Shown: piece after piece, positions 50,761-60,193 of the stretch | How positions within the stretch are numbered: position 1 is the first letter of the stretch | Layout: every line of letters starts with the position of its first letter | From: an uncultured delta proteobacterium | Lineage (GTDB): Bacteria > Myxococcota > Myxococcia > Myxococcales > Anaeromyxobacteraceae | DNA length: 64,000 nucleotides | NCBI GenBank assembly: GCA_963845515.1 | Contig: CAWJSR010000003.1 | Coordinates: forward strand, 64,001-128,000 | Reading direction: 5' to 3' | Position numbers and translations under genes: made by a program | The notes under the pieces: model-generated | What the model was told of the DNA's origin: nothing | What the model saw: the letters and a program-made list of their open reading frames with translations, nothing else | Database searches by the model: none

Positions 50761-51795
50761 TCACGCGCCGCCGGGCCTCCGGAAGCCGCACTCGGCGCAG
50801 ACGGGGTGGCGCTCGTACCCATCGACGAGCGTCCTCAGCGGCTCCCCCTCCCAGAACTGGCCGAGGGTCAGCCCTGCGATCGATCCGAAGTCTCCGAGCT
50901 CGCGCCGCACCGCGGCCGGATGCGGGCAGGGCGCGAAGCGGCCGTCGACCAGGACCCACGCCTCGACGCCGACGAAGGGGCACGGTCCGGGCGGGAGCCG
51001 CTCCATGGGGTCATGCGGGAGCTCGACCGCGTTCTGCAGCTCGAAGCGCCGGCCGTTCGCGGTCCGGGCCTCGTCGGCGGCCGCGTGCATGAGGTGGACC
51101 GCCCGGTTCCATCGCGCGACCGCTTCCCAGCTCCGCCGGAGCGAGGCCTGCGCCAGCGATGGGAACCGCACCTGGAGGTGATTCACCTTCACGCGGTCGA
51201 CGCCGAGGGAGGCGGCGAGCCGGACGATCGCCGGCAGCTCCGCCACGTTCGCCTCCTGCGCCGTCACCTGGAAGGAGATCGTCGGCCTGACGCCGGTCCA
51301 GCCGGCGATCGAGTCCCTGTGGCCGATCACGATCCGCAGGTCGTCGATCGCGCTCTGGAGGTCGAGCCCGGACATGATCGCCGCCGTCGTCTCGGGCGTC
51401 GCGCCGTTCCAGGAGACCTTCAGGTCCGACGCGACCGGGAGCAGCCGCGCCGCCCACCGGGCCGGTCCACGTCCCGGCCACGTGCCGTTGGTGGTGAGGT
51501 TGAGCGAGAGCCCCCGGACCGAGCAGCGATCGACGAGCTGGTCGAGCCCCGCCCAGAGGAGCGGCTCGCCCATGGTCGACGGGATCACCTCCCGGAGCGC
51601 CGAGTCCTTCCGCTCGTCGAGGACCTCCAGGACCCGCTCGGGCGCCAGCCGGCGCGGCTGGGAGCGCCGATCCTGCTCGCCCCATGCCGGCGCGCCCACC
51701 CCGCACTCGCACATCGGGCAGCCGAGGTTGCAGTCGTCTGGGTTGGTGACGAAGGTAATTCGCCAGGGGCCGCCGTCGGAAGGTCTGGATCGCAT
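50761..51795 (-). CDS. Radical SAM protein with a SPASM/twitch-like C-terminus
   Basis: CNLGCPMC, MGEPLL, LTTNG, VSWNG; C-terminal CPF..PCP..FG..CAECGF. Confidence 0.88.
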   Translation of the reverse strand: MRSRPSDGGPWRITFVTNPDDCNLGCPMCECGVGAPAWGEQDRRSQPRRLAPERVLEVLDERKDSALREVIPSTMGEPLLWAGLDQLVDRCSVRGLSLNLTTNGTWPGRGPARWAARLLPVASDLKVSWNGATPETTAAIMSGLDLQSAIDDLRIVIGHRDSIAGWTGVRPTISFQVTAQEANVAELPAIVRLAASLGVDRVKVNHLQVRFPSLAQASLRRSWEAVARWNRAVHLMHAAADEARTANGRRFELQNAVELPHDPMERLPPGPCPFVGVEAWVLVDGRFAPCPHPAAVRRELGDFGSIAGLTLGQFWEGEPLRTLVDGYERHPVCAECGFRRPGGA

Positions 51796-51806
51796 TGACA
51801 GACAGC

Positions 51807-51820
51807 TCCGTCATAACGGA
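51807..51820. promoter_or_regulatory. Palindrome TCCGT-N4-ACGGA, candidate operator of the XRE regulator
   Basis: Perfect inverted repeat in the 38-bp gap between the divergent rSAM and XRE genes, just after TTGACA (51795-51800). Confidence 0.5.
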
Positions 51821-51833
51821 AAACGTTCCAACC

Positions 51834-52508
51834 ATGAAGAGCACACGCGAGAAGGCGAAGGCGAAACCCACGAAGTCACGGAAGGGTGCCCCCAGCGCGG
51901 AGGCGCGGCCGGGCCCGGAGCCACGCGCCGAAGCCGCCGTGAGCACCGAGCTGACGCTGGTCGTCGGTCGAAACCTGCGGCGCCTTCGCGGCGAGCGCGG
52001 CCTCTCGCTCGAGAAGCTCTCGCGCGTCTCGGGCGTGTCCCGCGCGATGCTGGGCCAGATCGAGCTGGGCCAGAGCGCCCCGACCATCAACGTCGCGTGG
52101 AAGATCTCGACCGCGCTCGGCGTCCCCTTCTCGGCGCTCCTGAGCGAGCGGTCCGAGGGCGGGCTGCACCTCCTGAAGGCCGCCGACTCCAAGAAGCTCA
52201 CGAGCCACGACGGGAAGTTCATCTCCCGTGCACTCTTCCCGTTCGACGAGCGCAGGCGCGTGGAGTTCTACGAGCTCACGCTCCTCCCCGGCGGCGTCGA
52301 GCAGGCCCACGCCCACAACCCTGGAACGGTCGAGTACCTGGCGGTCTCGCAGGGACAGCTCGAGATGAACGTCGGCGACCGCAGGGAGGTCCTGAGCGCC
52401 GGCGACGCGATCGTGTTCGAGGCGGACGTCCCGCACGTCTACCGGAACCTCGCCGGGGGGGAGACCATGATGTACCTGGTGATGGTCTACGCCGACCTGG
52501 TCGGCTAG
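51834..52508 (+). CDS. XRE-family HTH plus cupin transcriptional regulator
   Basis: NLRRLR..GLSLEKLS..SGVSRAMLGQIE.GQSAPTI; HAHNPGTVEY..GD.I.F.ADVPH.YRN. Confidence 0.94.
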   Translation: MKSTREKAKAKPTKSRKGAPSAEARPGPEPRAEAAVSTELTLVVGRNLRRLRGERGLSLEKLSRVSGVSRAMLGQIELGQSAPTINVAWKISTALGVPFSALLSERSEGGLHLLKAADSKKLTSHDGKFISRALFPFDERRRVEFYELTLLPGGVEQAHAHNPGTVEYLAVSQGQLEMNVGDRREVLSAGDAIVFEADVPHVYRNLAGGETMMYLVMVYADLVG

Positions 52509-52620
52509 GGACGCTGCTGGCGCCTGACCCCGGATCGGGCGACAGGCGTACATGGTGCGGCCGGGGGGCCCGGAGCGGGGTAGAGTGAAGGCTGACTCGG
52601 CGCCCGGGGGTCGGCCAGCC

Positions 52621-54042
52621 GTGAGAGAAGCCCGTATAGGAGACATCCTCGTCGAGCTCGGCGTCGCCACGCCGGCGCTGGTGGAGCGCGCGCTGAAGGA
52701 AGGGCGTGCGCGAAGTGAGCACCTCTGCACGCGGCTGTTGGCGCTGGGCGTCGACGAGAAGGCGCTGGCGGCGGCGCTCTCCCTGAAGCTCGGCTTCCCT
52801 GGGCTCGACCTGTCGCGCTCCGTCATCCAGCTGGACCTGCTCGACCTGGTCCCGCCGCAGGTGGCGGAGGCGGACCTCATCCTCCCGGTGTCCTCCGAGG
52901 GCGGCCGGCTCCACCTCGCGATGGCCCACCCCACCGAGGAGCGGATCCTCTCCGAGTTCAGGTTCGTGACCGGGCGGGAGGTCTCGCCGTGGATCGCCGT
53001 GACCGGGGCGCTCCGCGCAGCCATCGCCGCCGCCTACGCCGCCCGCGCGAAGGGCGAGAAGCTGCTCGCCGGCGCGGGCGCGGCGGTCCGCGACGTGCCC
53101 TTCCTCGCGGTGGCCTCGCACGCCGAGGACGAGGACGTCGTCTCGCTGGAGGCGGCCGACGAGCCCATCGAGGAGGAGCTGGAGCCGGAGGCGGAGCCGG
53201 TCGAGGCCGCCGACGCGACCGCGGACGAGGAAACCGAGGTCACGGTCGAGGTCGAGGCGCCCGATGCACCGGTCAGGCCGTCCGGGCCGCGCAGGATCCT
53301 GGTCGTCGACGACGAGCCGGAGATCCGTACGCTGGTGCAGACGATGCTCCAGAAGAAGGGGTACGAGGTCGACCTGGCGGTCGACGGCGGGGAGGCCTTC
53401 GCCAAGGCGGAGAGCTCGCTCCCCGACCTCGTGCTGCTGGACGCGATGCTCCCCAGGATCCACGGCTTCGACGTCTGCCGGAGGATCAAGAACGCCCCCA
53501 GGACGCGGAAGATCCCGGTCATCATGATGACCGCCATCTACAGGGGCTGGCGCTTCGCGCAGGACGCGCGGGAGGCGTACGGCGCCGAGGATTACGTCGA
53601 GAAGCCCTTCCGCCTCGACGACCTGCTGCGGCGCATCGAGGCCGCGCTCGAGGCGGCCGCTGGGCGCGAGCTTCCACCCCGTGCGTCCGGCGACTCAGCG
53701 GTCCAGAAGGGGAAGGCGCTGCTCCTCGCGGGACGGCTGGGGGAGGCGGTCGCCGCCTTCGAGTCGGCCACCCGCGTCGACCCCTGGTCGGCGGACGCCT
53801 GGTTCCACCTCGCGCGCGCTCTCCGCGCGGAGGGGGATCCCTTCCGCGCGATGACCGCCTTCGAGCGCTCCCTCGAGGTGCGCGCCAAGCACCTCCCTGC
53901 GCTGAGGGCGCTCGCCGGCCTGTACGAGGAGAAGGGGTTCCGCAGGAAGGCGGCCGAGGCGCTGGAGCGGGCCTTCGCCGCCGCCACCGACGCGGAGACC
54001 AGGGCCACCGTGAAGGCCGACCTGCTGCGGTTGCTCGGATGA
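52621..54042 (+). CDS. MshEN/GspE-N-like + acidic linker + receiver + TPR protein
   Basis: RIGDILVELG, LHLAMAHP, ILVVDDE..LLDAMLP..EKPF, TPRs. Start codon uncertain. Confidence 0.85.
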   Translation: MREARIGDILVELGVATPALVERALKEGRARSEHLCTRLLALGVDEKALAAALSLKLGFPGLDLSRSVIQLDLLDLVPPQVAEADLILPVSSEGGRLHLAMAHPTEERILSEFRFVTGREVSPWIAVTGALRAAIAAAYAARAKGEKLLAGAGAAVRDVPFLAVASHAEDEDVVSLEAADEPIEEELEPEAEPVEAADATADEETEVTVEVEAPDAPVRPSGPRRILVVDDEPEIRTLVQTMLQKKGYEVDLAVDGGEAFAKAESSLPDLVLLDAMLPRIHGFDVCRRIKNAPRTRKIPVIMMTAIYRGWRFAQDAREAYGAEDYVEKPFRLDDLLRRIEAALEAAAGRELPPRASGDSAVQKGKALLLAGRLGEAVAAFESATRVDPWSADAWFHLARALRAEGDPFRAMTAFERSLEVRAKHLPALRALAGLYEEKGFRRKAAEALERAFAAATDAETRATVKADLLRLLG

Positions 54043-54146
54043 GGCGGCGGACGCCCCGATGAGGACGCGGCTCCCTGCCTTGCACGTGGATATGTTCCTC
54101 CCGTGGGCGAGCTGGTCGCAGGGCCAGACGCCCATTCGGGGGTCGG

Positions 54147-54347
54147 ATGACGGAGCAGTTCGGAACAGAGACGCGCCTCGTACCGCAGGGTGAGCTCCTG
54201 CGCAGGGCCATGCGCTGGCTCGACGACCGGCGCCGCGACGGGATCGAGCTGCCGCGGGCCCGGCTCGTCGAGGAGGCGGCGGTCCGCTTCAACCTCACGC
54301 CCTGGGAGGAGGAGTTCCTCCTCCAGACCTGGGCGCGCGACGGCTAG
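54147..54347 (+). CDS. Small helical hypothetical protein
   Basis: PQGELLRRAMRWL..LVEEAAVRFNLTP.EEEFL; good codon bias. Confidence 0.7.
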   Translation: MTEQFGTETRLVPQGELLRRAMRWLDDRRRDGIELPRARLVEEAAVRFNLTPWEEEFLLQTWARDG

Positions 54348-54460
54348 CGCCCCGAGCGATCCGCCGGCCGCGGCCGGCGCCCTCGCCGGTGCGGCTCGCC
54401 ACATCACCATGCGTGGGCGGAGGAACTGGTGCTACCATCGCGCCTCCTGGAGGGGTTCAC

Positions 54461-54883
54461 ATGGCGTGGTGGATGTGGATGGTGATGGGCGTGGTCCTGC
54501 TCGTGGTCGAGATGGCGACGCCCGGCGGCCTCTTCGCGATCTTCTTCGGGATAGCGGCGTTCGTCGTCGCGCCGATCGCGGCTTACGGCGCCGGCCCGGC
54601 GCTTCAGTGGACGCTCTACACGGTGGTCTCGCTCGCGCTCGTCGGCACCCTCCGCAGCTACCTCTCACGGCGGCTCGCGGCCAGGGGCTCCGTCCCCGTC
54701 GAGAACCTGCTCGGCGAGCAGGCGACCCTCCTCGAGGATCTCCCCGCGGGCGGCGCCGGCAAGGCCGAGCTGCGCGGCACCCCCTGGACCGCCCGCTCCG
54801 TGTCGGGGGAGGCGCTGTCGAAGGGGCAGCGCTGCCGTGTCGAACGGATCGACGGGCTCACGCTCTGGCTGCGCGCCGAGTAG
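54461..54883 (+). CDS. NfeD-like (YbbJ) membrane protein
   Basis: WMVMGVVLLVVEM.TPG; C-terminal OB-like LRGTPWTA..V.RIDGLTL. Confidence 0.92.
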   Translation: MAWWMWMVMGVVLLVVEMATPGGLFAIFFGIAAFVVAPIAAYGAGPALQWTLYTVVSLALVGTLRSYLSRRLAARGSVPVENLLGEQATLLEDLPAGGAGKAELRGTPWTARSVSGEALSKGQRCRVERIDGLTLWLRAE

Positions 54884-54916
54884 CGGCGCGCTCTCTACTC
54901 ATACCTGGAGGTACCA

Positions 54917-55912
54917 ATGGAGACTGTCAACTCGGCGCTCGTCGTCGCGCTCGTCATCGCGGCCTTCGCGATCTTCGTCGTCATCAAGACGGCGGTCGTC
55001 GTCCCGCAGCAGAACGCCTTCGTCGTGGAGCGGCTCGGGAAGTTCCACCTGATCCTCGAGCCGGGCTTCCACGTCCTCTTCCCGTTCTTCGACGTCATCC
55101 GCTACCGCCACACGCTCAAGGAGCAGGCGCTCGACATCCCCGAGCAGGTCTGCATCACGAACGACAACGTGCAGGTCGCGGTGGACGGCCTCCTCTATCT
55201 CAAGGTGCTCGACCCGCAGCGCGCCAGCTACGGCATCGCCGACTACTACTACGCGATCAGCCAGCTCGCGCAGACGGCCCTGCGGAGCGAGATCGGCAAG
55301 ATCACGCTCGACCGCACCTTCGAGGAGCGCAGCCACATCAACGCGCAGGTGGTCGACGAGCTCGACAAGGCCTCGGCGCCCTGGGGCGTGAAGGTGCTCC
55401 GGTACGAGATCAAGAACATCACCCCGCCCCGTGACGTGCTCGCCGCGATGGAGAAGCAGATGCGCGCAGAGCGGGAGAAGCGCGCGGTGATCCTCGCGTC
55501 CGAGGGAGAGCGCGACGCCGCCATCAACAGCGCCGAGGGACAGAAGCAGCAGGTCATCAAGGCCTCCGAGGCGAAGCGGCAGCAGCAGATCAACGAGGCG
55601 CAGGGCCAGGCCGAGGCGATCCTCGCCATCGCCACGGCGACCGCCGAGGGGATCCACAAGGTCTCCGAGGTGATCGCGAGCCCGGGCGGCCAGGAGGCGG
55701 TCCAGCTCCGCGTGGCCGAGCAGTACGTGAAGGAGTTCGGCTCGCTCGCGAGGACGACCAACACCGTCATCCTGCCGGCCACCGTCTCCGACATCGGGTC
55801 CATGATCGCGCTCGCCATGAACGTCTTCAAGAACGCCGCCCCGGTGCTGCCGACGTCGCAGCCTCCGCGCGCGCCGGTCGGACCGCCGCGCCCCAGGCCG
55901 GTCACCGACTAG
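54917..55912 (+). CDS. SPFH/stomatin-like protein (QmcA/paraslipin type)
   Basis: VVERLGKF..LEPG, ITNDNV, LAQTALRSEIGK, MEKQMRAEREKRA. Confidence 0.95.
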   Translation: METVNSALVVALVIAAFAIFVVIKTAVVVPQQNAFVVERLGKFHLILEPGFHVLFPFFDVIRYRHTLKEQALDIPEQVCITNDNVQVAVDGLLYLKVLDPQRASYGIADYYYAISQLAQTALRSEIGKITLDRTFEERSHINAQVVDELDKASAPWGVKVLRYEIKNITPPRDVLAAMEKQMRAEREKRAVILASEGERDAAINSAEGQKQQVIKASEAKRQQQINEAQGQAEAILAIATATAEGIHKVSEVIASPGGQEAVQLRVAEQYVKEFGSLARTTNTVILPATVSDIGSMIALAMNVFKNAAPVLPTSQPPRAPVGPPRPRPVTD

Positions 55913-55925
55913 GGGTCTCCTCGCG

Positions 55926-57103
55926 ATGCGGTCCGGCATCCCGGGCGCCGGCAGGAAGCTCCTCCTGCCGGCGCTGGCCGCCTTCCCGGCGGTGGCCCGC
56001 GCCGCCGACGGCGCGCGCCCGTTCTTCGAGGCCAGGCTGCCGGACGCGCTCCGGACGTCCGGGCCGGGCGGCCTGCTCTGGTGGCAGTGGCTGGCGCTCC
56101 CGCTCGCGCTCCTCGCGGCCTGGGGGATCGGCTCCGCGCTGGGCTGGCTGACCCGCTGGCTGTTCGGTCGGCTCGTCGCGCGCACCTCGACCGAGTGGGA
56201 CGACGAGCTCCTGCGGCGGCTCCACGGGCCGCTCGCAGCGCTCTGGGCGCTCCTGGCCCTGGGGCTGGTCGAGCCGGCGCTGGCGCTCCCCGGGGGCTCG
56301 GCGATCGCGTGGAGCACCTCCTGCGCGCCGCCGCGTGGTTCGTCCTGTTCTGGGGGCTCTCGCGAGCAGCGGCGGTCGGCTTCGCGGCGGCGCAGAGCGC
56401 GGCGTGGTCCCGGCAGAACGCGGGGCTCGGCGGGATGCTGCCGCTCGCCAGGAAGATCGCGCAGGGCGTCCTCATCGGCCTCGGCGCGGTCGCCCTCCTG
56501 AACGAGCTGGGCTTCCAGGTCACGAGCATCCTCGCCGGCCTCGGGATCGGTGGCCTCGCCGTCGCCCTCGCCGCGCAGAAGACCGTCGAGCACCTCTTCG
56601 GCTCGATCGCGATCGGAGTGGACCAGCCCTTCCGCGTCGGTGACTTCGTCAACATCGAAGGGGTCGTCGGGACGGTGGAGTCGATCGGCGGGCGCTCGAC
56701 CCGCGTCCGGACGCTCGACCGGACGGTCGTCACCTTCCCGAACGGCAAGCTGGCCGAGACACGGAGCGAGTCGATCAGCGCGCGCGACCGGATCCGGCTC
56801 TGGACGAACCTCGGGCTCTCCTACTCGACGACCGCGGAGCAGCTGCGTCGCGTCCTCGCGGAGGTGGAGGCCGCCCTCCGCGCCCACCCGAAGATCTGGC
56901 CGGAGACGGTGGCGGTCTGCTTCACCGACTTCAAGGACTCGACGCTGAACGTCGAGGTGATGGCCTGGTTCCAGACGACCGACTGGAACGAGTTCACGGC
57001 CATCCGGCAGGAGCTCCTGCTTCGCTTCATGGAGATCGTGGAGCGGGAGGGGACGAGCTTCGCCTTCCCGACGCGGACCGTCCACGTCGTCCGCGAGCGC
57101 TGA
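55926..57103 (+). CDS. MscS-family mechanosensitive channel (frameshift near 56305)
   Basis: LAGLGIGGLAVALAAQKT, DQPFRVGD, GTVESIG.RSTRVRT, FAFPTRT. Confidence 0.9.
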
Positions 57104-57141
57104 AAAGACGAGAGGCCCGACCGTCTCCGGCCGGGCCTCTT
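57103..57141 (-). terminator. Intrinsic terminator downstream of tRNA-Ala (possibly bidirectional)
   Basis: AGAGGCCCG..CCG-TCTC-CGG..CGGGCCTCT stem followed by a T tract on the minus strand. Confidence 0.7.
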
Positions 57142-57144
57142 CTG

Positions 57145-57217
<73 letters not shown>

Positions 57218-57251
57218 GAGACGGCGTCCCCCTTGATGCGAGGGGAAGCAC

Positions 57252-57280
57252 CTTTAACGGTTCGGGGGGGAGAGTGTCAA
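57252..57280 (-). promoter_or_regulatory. Sigma-70 promoter of tRNA-Ala
   Basis: TTGACA-N17-TTAAAG on the minus strand. Confidence 0.6.
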
Positions 57281-57470
57281 GCGCGTCCAGACGTTGCGCG
57301 CTCCCCGCCGGTCGCCGCGATCGCGGGCTCACCCGCGCGGTGCTGCGGCCTTTCGGCAGGTCGGAAGAGCGGGTGCCCAGGTGGGGTACGGTAGGTGCGC
57401 CATCTGCGCGTCTTTTCAGGGCAAATCGTTTGACTACGCCCCTCGACCCCTGCTATCCGAAGTCACGCCC

Positions 57471-59711
57471 ATGCCCCCTCCGACCAAGCAGTACTCCGCC
57501 GCCGAGCTCACTTCGCTCGAGCACGCCTTCGCGTCCGATCCGACGTCCGACGCCTACCGGCCGCTCGCCGAGGCCTACCTGGCTCTAGGCCGGTTCATGG
57601 AGGCGATGGTCGTCTGCAAGAAGGGCGTAAAGGCCCACGCGGACGACCCCTCCCCCCGCGTGCTGCTCGCGCGCGTCTACTCGGACCAGGGCAAGGATCG
57701 GAAGGCGCTCGAGGAGCTGCAGGCCGTGCTCCAGACGTGGCCGGCGTTCGCTGTCGCGAACCGCATGGCCGGCGTGCTGCACCTGCGGCTGGGCGAGCGC
57801 GACGCCGGCATCGCCGCGCTGCGCCGGGCGCTGGAGGCCAACCCGGGCGACGCGGAGTCGATCGCGATCCTCCAGCAGAACGGGGTCTCGGCGGCCGCGC
57901 CGGCCGCTCCCGTCGCGCCGCGCGCCGCGCCGGCGCCGGCCTCCGCACGTCCGGGCGCGCCGGCGGCGCCGCGCGCCACCGGCGCGGCGATTCCCCGGGC
58001 CGCCGCCCCTGCTGCGATGGAGCAGCCGACTCCGACGCCGCCTCCGACCGCCGGCCAGACCGCGCGCACGGCCTACGCCGACGCGCTCGCCGAGAAGTAC
58101 GCCACCCGCGAGTTCTCGCTGGAGAGCCTGGAGAAGGGGCGCGGGGTCAAGAAGAAGAGCAAGTCCACCGCGGTGGCCACCGTCGCGCTCCTCGGGGTGG
58201 TCGTCGTCGCGCTCGGCGGCTTCGCCGTGTACACCCAGGCGCGCAAGACCCGGATCGAGACGATCGACAAGCTGCTGAAGGAGACGCAGGGGCTCCTGGA
58301 GCGCGACGCGTGGCCGGCCTACAAGGAGGCCGCCGCGAAGAGCGCCGAGGTGGTGGAGCTCGACGCGACGATCCTCTCGGGCCACGCGTACCTCGCGTGG
58401 GTCGACGCCGTCAGATGGGCAGAGCACGCCGAGGGCGACTCCGTGCGTGACGAGGCCCAGAAGGCGCTGGTCGCGGGCAAGGCGCTCGGCACGCACTCGC
58501 ACCTCGTGGCAGCCGAGTCGTTCCTCAGGTACTTCTCCAACGATCAGGCCGGTGGGCTCGAGGTGCTTCAGGGCGTCCTGGGAGGCGACGAAGGCTCCCA
58601 GAGCCCGTTCCTGCTGGGGGTCCTCGGCTCGCTCCAGATGGCGGGCGGGGATCTCGACGCGGCGCGCGAGACGCTCACCAGGGCGCAGAAGACGAACCCC
58701 GGCGACGCCCGGCTGGCGCAGCTGCTCGCCGAGCAGTTCCGGCGGCGTGGAACGGGGTACGAGCTGTCGGCGACCGGGATGTTCGACCTCGCGCTCCGCA
58801 TCCAGAAGGATCACGTCCCGTCGCTGCTCGGGAAGTCGCTCCTCCTGCTCGATCGCGGGCAGCTCGACGAGGCGCAGAAGGGGGCGGATCGCACGCTCGA
58901 CCCCCGCATCGAGGCCTCGCCACGCCAGCGGGCGCTCGCGCTCATGATCCGTGCCTCCGTGCGCCACGCGCAGGGGAAGGCGCAGGAGGCCGCCGCGGAC
59001 GAGGCGGAGGCGGCGAAGCTCGATCCTCGCAGCGCGGAGCTGCCGTACCTCCTCGGCCGACGCAAGCTGCGCGACGGGGACGCCGCAGGTGCAGTCGACG
59101 CCTTCCAGAAGGCGATCTCGCTGGACGGCAAGCGCGTGGCCTTCTACGTCGACCTCGTGCAGGCGCTGCTCGCCCAGGACGGCGGCCCGAAGAAGGCGAT
59201 CGATCTCCTCCAGGGGGCGGTCGCCAGGCTGGGCGACAACCCGCGCCTGGCGCTCCTCCTCGGCCAGGCCTACCAGGCGCAGGGGGACGCCGATCGTGCC
59301 CAGGGGCAGTTCGAGCGGTCGATCCAGCTCGGGCGCCCGTTCCCCGACGCACGCGTCGCGCTCGCGAGGCTGCGGCTCTCCCAGAAGAACGTGGGTCAGG
59401 CGCTCGCCGAGCTCGACCTCGCGATCCGCGAGTACGGTGTGGGCGGTGCTGGCGGCGCGGCGCGCGCCTACGTCGAGATGGCGGAGGCCGAGAAGTCGCG
59501 CAACGCGAAGCGTGAGCTGGTCGCCGGGTACTACGAGGAGGCGCTGAAGCGCGACCCGGCCAACTGCGACGGACTCTGGGGCGCGGCCAAGCTCCAGCTC
59601 GACGCCGGCCAGTTCGACGAGGCCGCGCGTGGCCGGATGGACACCTACGCGAAGAGCTGCCCGCGCGCGGCGCACGCCGCCGAGGCGACGAGGCTGACGG
59701 CGGGGAAGTAG
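57471..59711 (+). CDS. Bitopic membrane TPR protein (N-terminal TPRs, PA linker, TM, long TPR array)
   Basis: Multiple TPR consensus repeats; TM VATVALLGVVVVALGGFAVY. Confidence 0.88.
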   Translation: MPPPTKQYSAAELTSLEHAFASDPTSDAYRPLAEAYLALGRFMEAMVVCKKGVKAHADDPSPRVLLARVYSDQGKDRKALEELQAVLQTWPAFAVANRMAGVLHLRLGERDAGIAALRRALEANPGDAESIAILQQNGVSAAAPAAPVAPRAAPAPASARPGAPAAPRATGAAIPRAAAPAAMEQPTPTPPPTAGQTARTAYADALAEKYATREFSLESLEKGRGVKKKSKSTAVATVALLGVVVVALGGFAVYTQARKTRIETIDKLLKETQGLLERDAWPAYKEAAAKSAEVVELDATILSGHAYLAWVDAVRWAEHAEGDSVRDEAQKALVAGKALGTHSHLVAAESFLRYFSNDQAGGLEVLQGVLGGDEGSQSPFLLGVLGSLQMAGGDLDAARETLTRAQKTNPGDARLAQLLAEQFRRRGTGYELSATGMFDLALRIQKDHVPSLLGKSLLLLDRGQLDEAQKGADRTLDPRIEASPRQRALALMIRASVRHAQGKAQEAAADEAEAAKLDPRSAELPYLLGRRKLRDGDAAGAVDAFQKAISLDGKRVAFYVDLVQALLAQDGGPKKAIDLLQGAVARLGDNPRLALLLGQAYQAQGDADRAQGQFERSIQLGRPFPDARVALARLRLSQKNVGQALAELDLAIREYGVGGAGGAARAYVEMAEAEKSRNAKRELVAGYYEEALKRDPANCDGLWGAAKLQLDAGQFDEAARGRMDTYAKSCPRAAHAAEATRLTAGK

Positions 59712-59737
59712 AGGGGGCCGCACCCATCTCCCGCCTC

Positions 59738-59787
59738 GGGGATGCACCTCTCCCCCGCCCCCGCGGGGGAGAGGCTGGGTGAGGGGG
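59738..59787. repeat. REP-like palindrome, left arm of the DUF559 relic
   Basis: Same sequence as 49288-49337. Confidence 0.9.
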
Positions 59788-59817
59788 CGTCGTACCCGTC
59801 GGCTATCCTCACTCTCC

Positions 59818-60000
59818 GTGAGCCACACGCCCCCAGCGCTCCGTGAGTTCCGTCGCGAACTTCGACGGGCTCGACAGACGCACAGCGCTGAAGGTTATGC
59901 GCGTCAGGAAGCTTCGCTTCTCCAACCAGGGATGTGCTGAAGGAGCTGGAGGGCGCGGGCGAGGCCGTCCGGGTTTGGGTCCAGGGGCTCACGGATGGTG
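59818..60000 (+). pseudogene. Internally deleted DUF559 (Vsr-like endonuclease family) relic
   Basis: N-terminal MSHTPPALREFRRELRRA/STDAQR and C-terminal VRKLRFSNQ/DVLKELEGAGEAVR across frameshifts; the central core is missing. Confidence 0.6.
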
Positions 60001-60009
60001 AACGGCTTG

Positions 60010-60051
60010 CCCCCTCACCAGACCTCTCCCCCGCCGGAGCGGGGGAGAGGG
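60010..60051. repeat. REP-like palindrome, inverted relative to 59738-59787
   Basis: CCCCCTCACCAGACCTCTCCCCCGC-CGGA-GCGGGGGAGAGGG. Confidence 0.85.
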
Positions 60052-60193
60052 AAGTCTTCCGCGAAGTCGCATTTCCGCGGGCGCACGCTGTTCAAGCCTT
60101 CCCGCTCCACGCGGCCCGCAATGAGGCTAATGGTCAGCGCGGGGGAGGGAAGCTCCCCCGCGAGGGCGACCGCTCCCGCTGGCGAGCGTCCTG

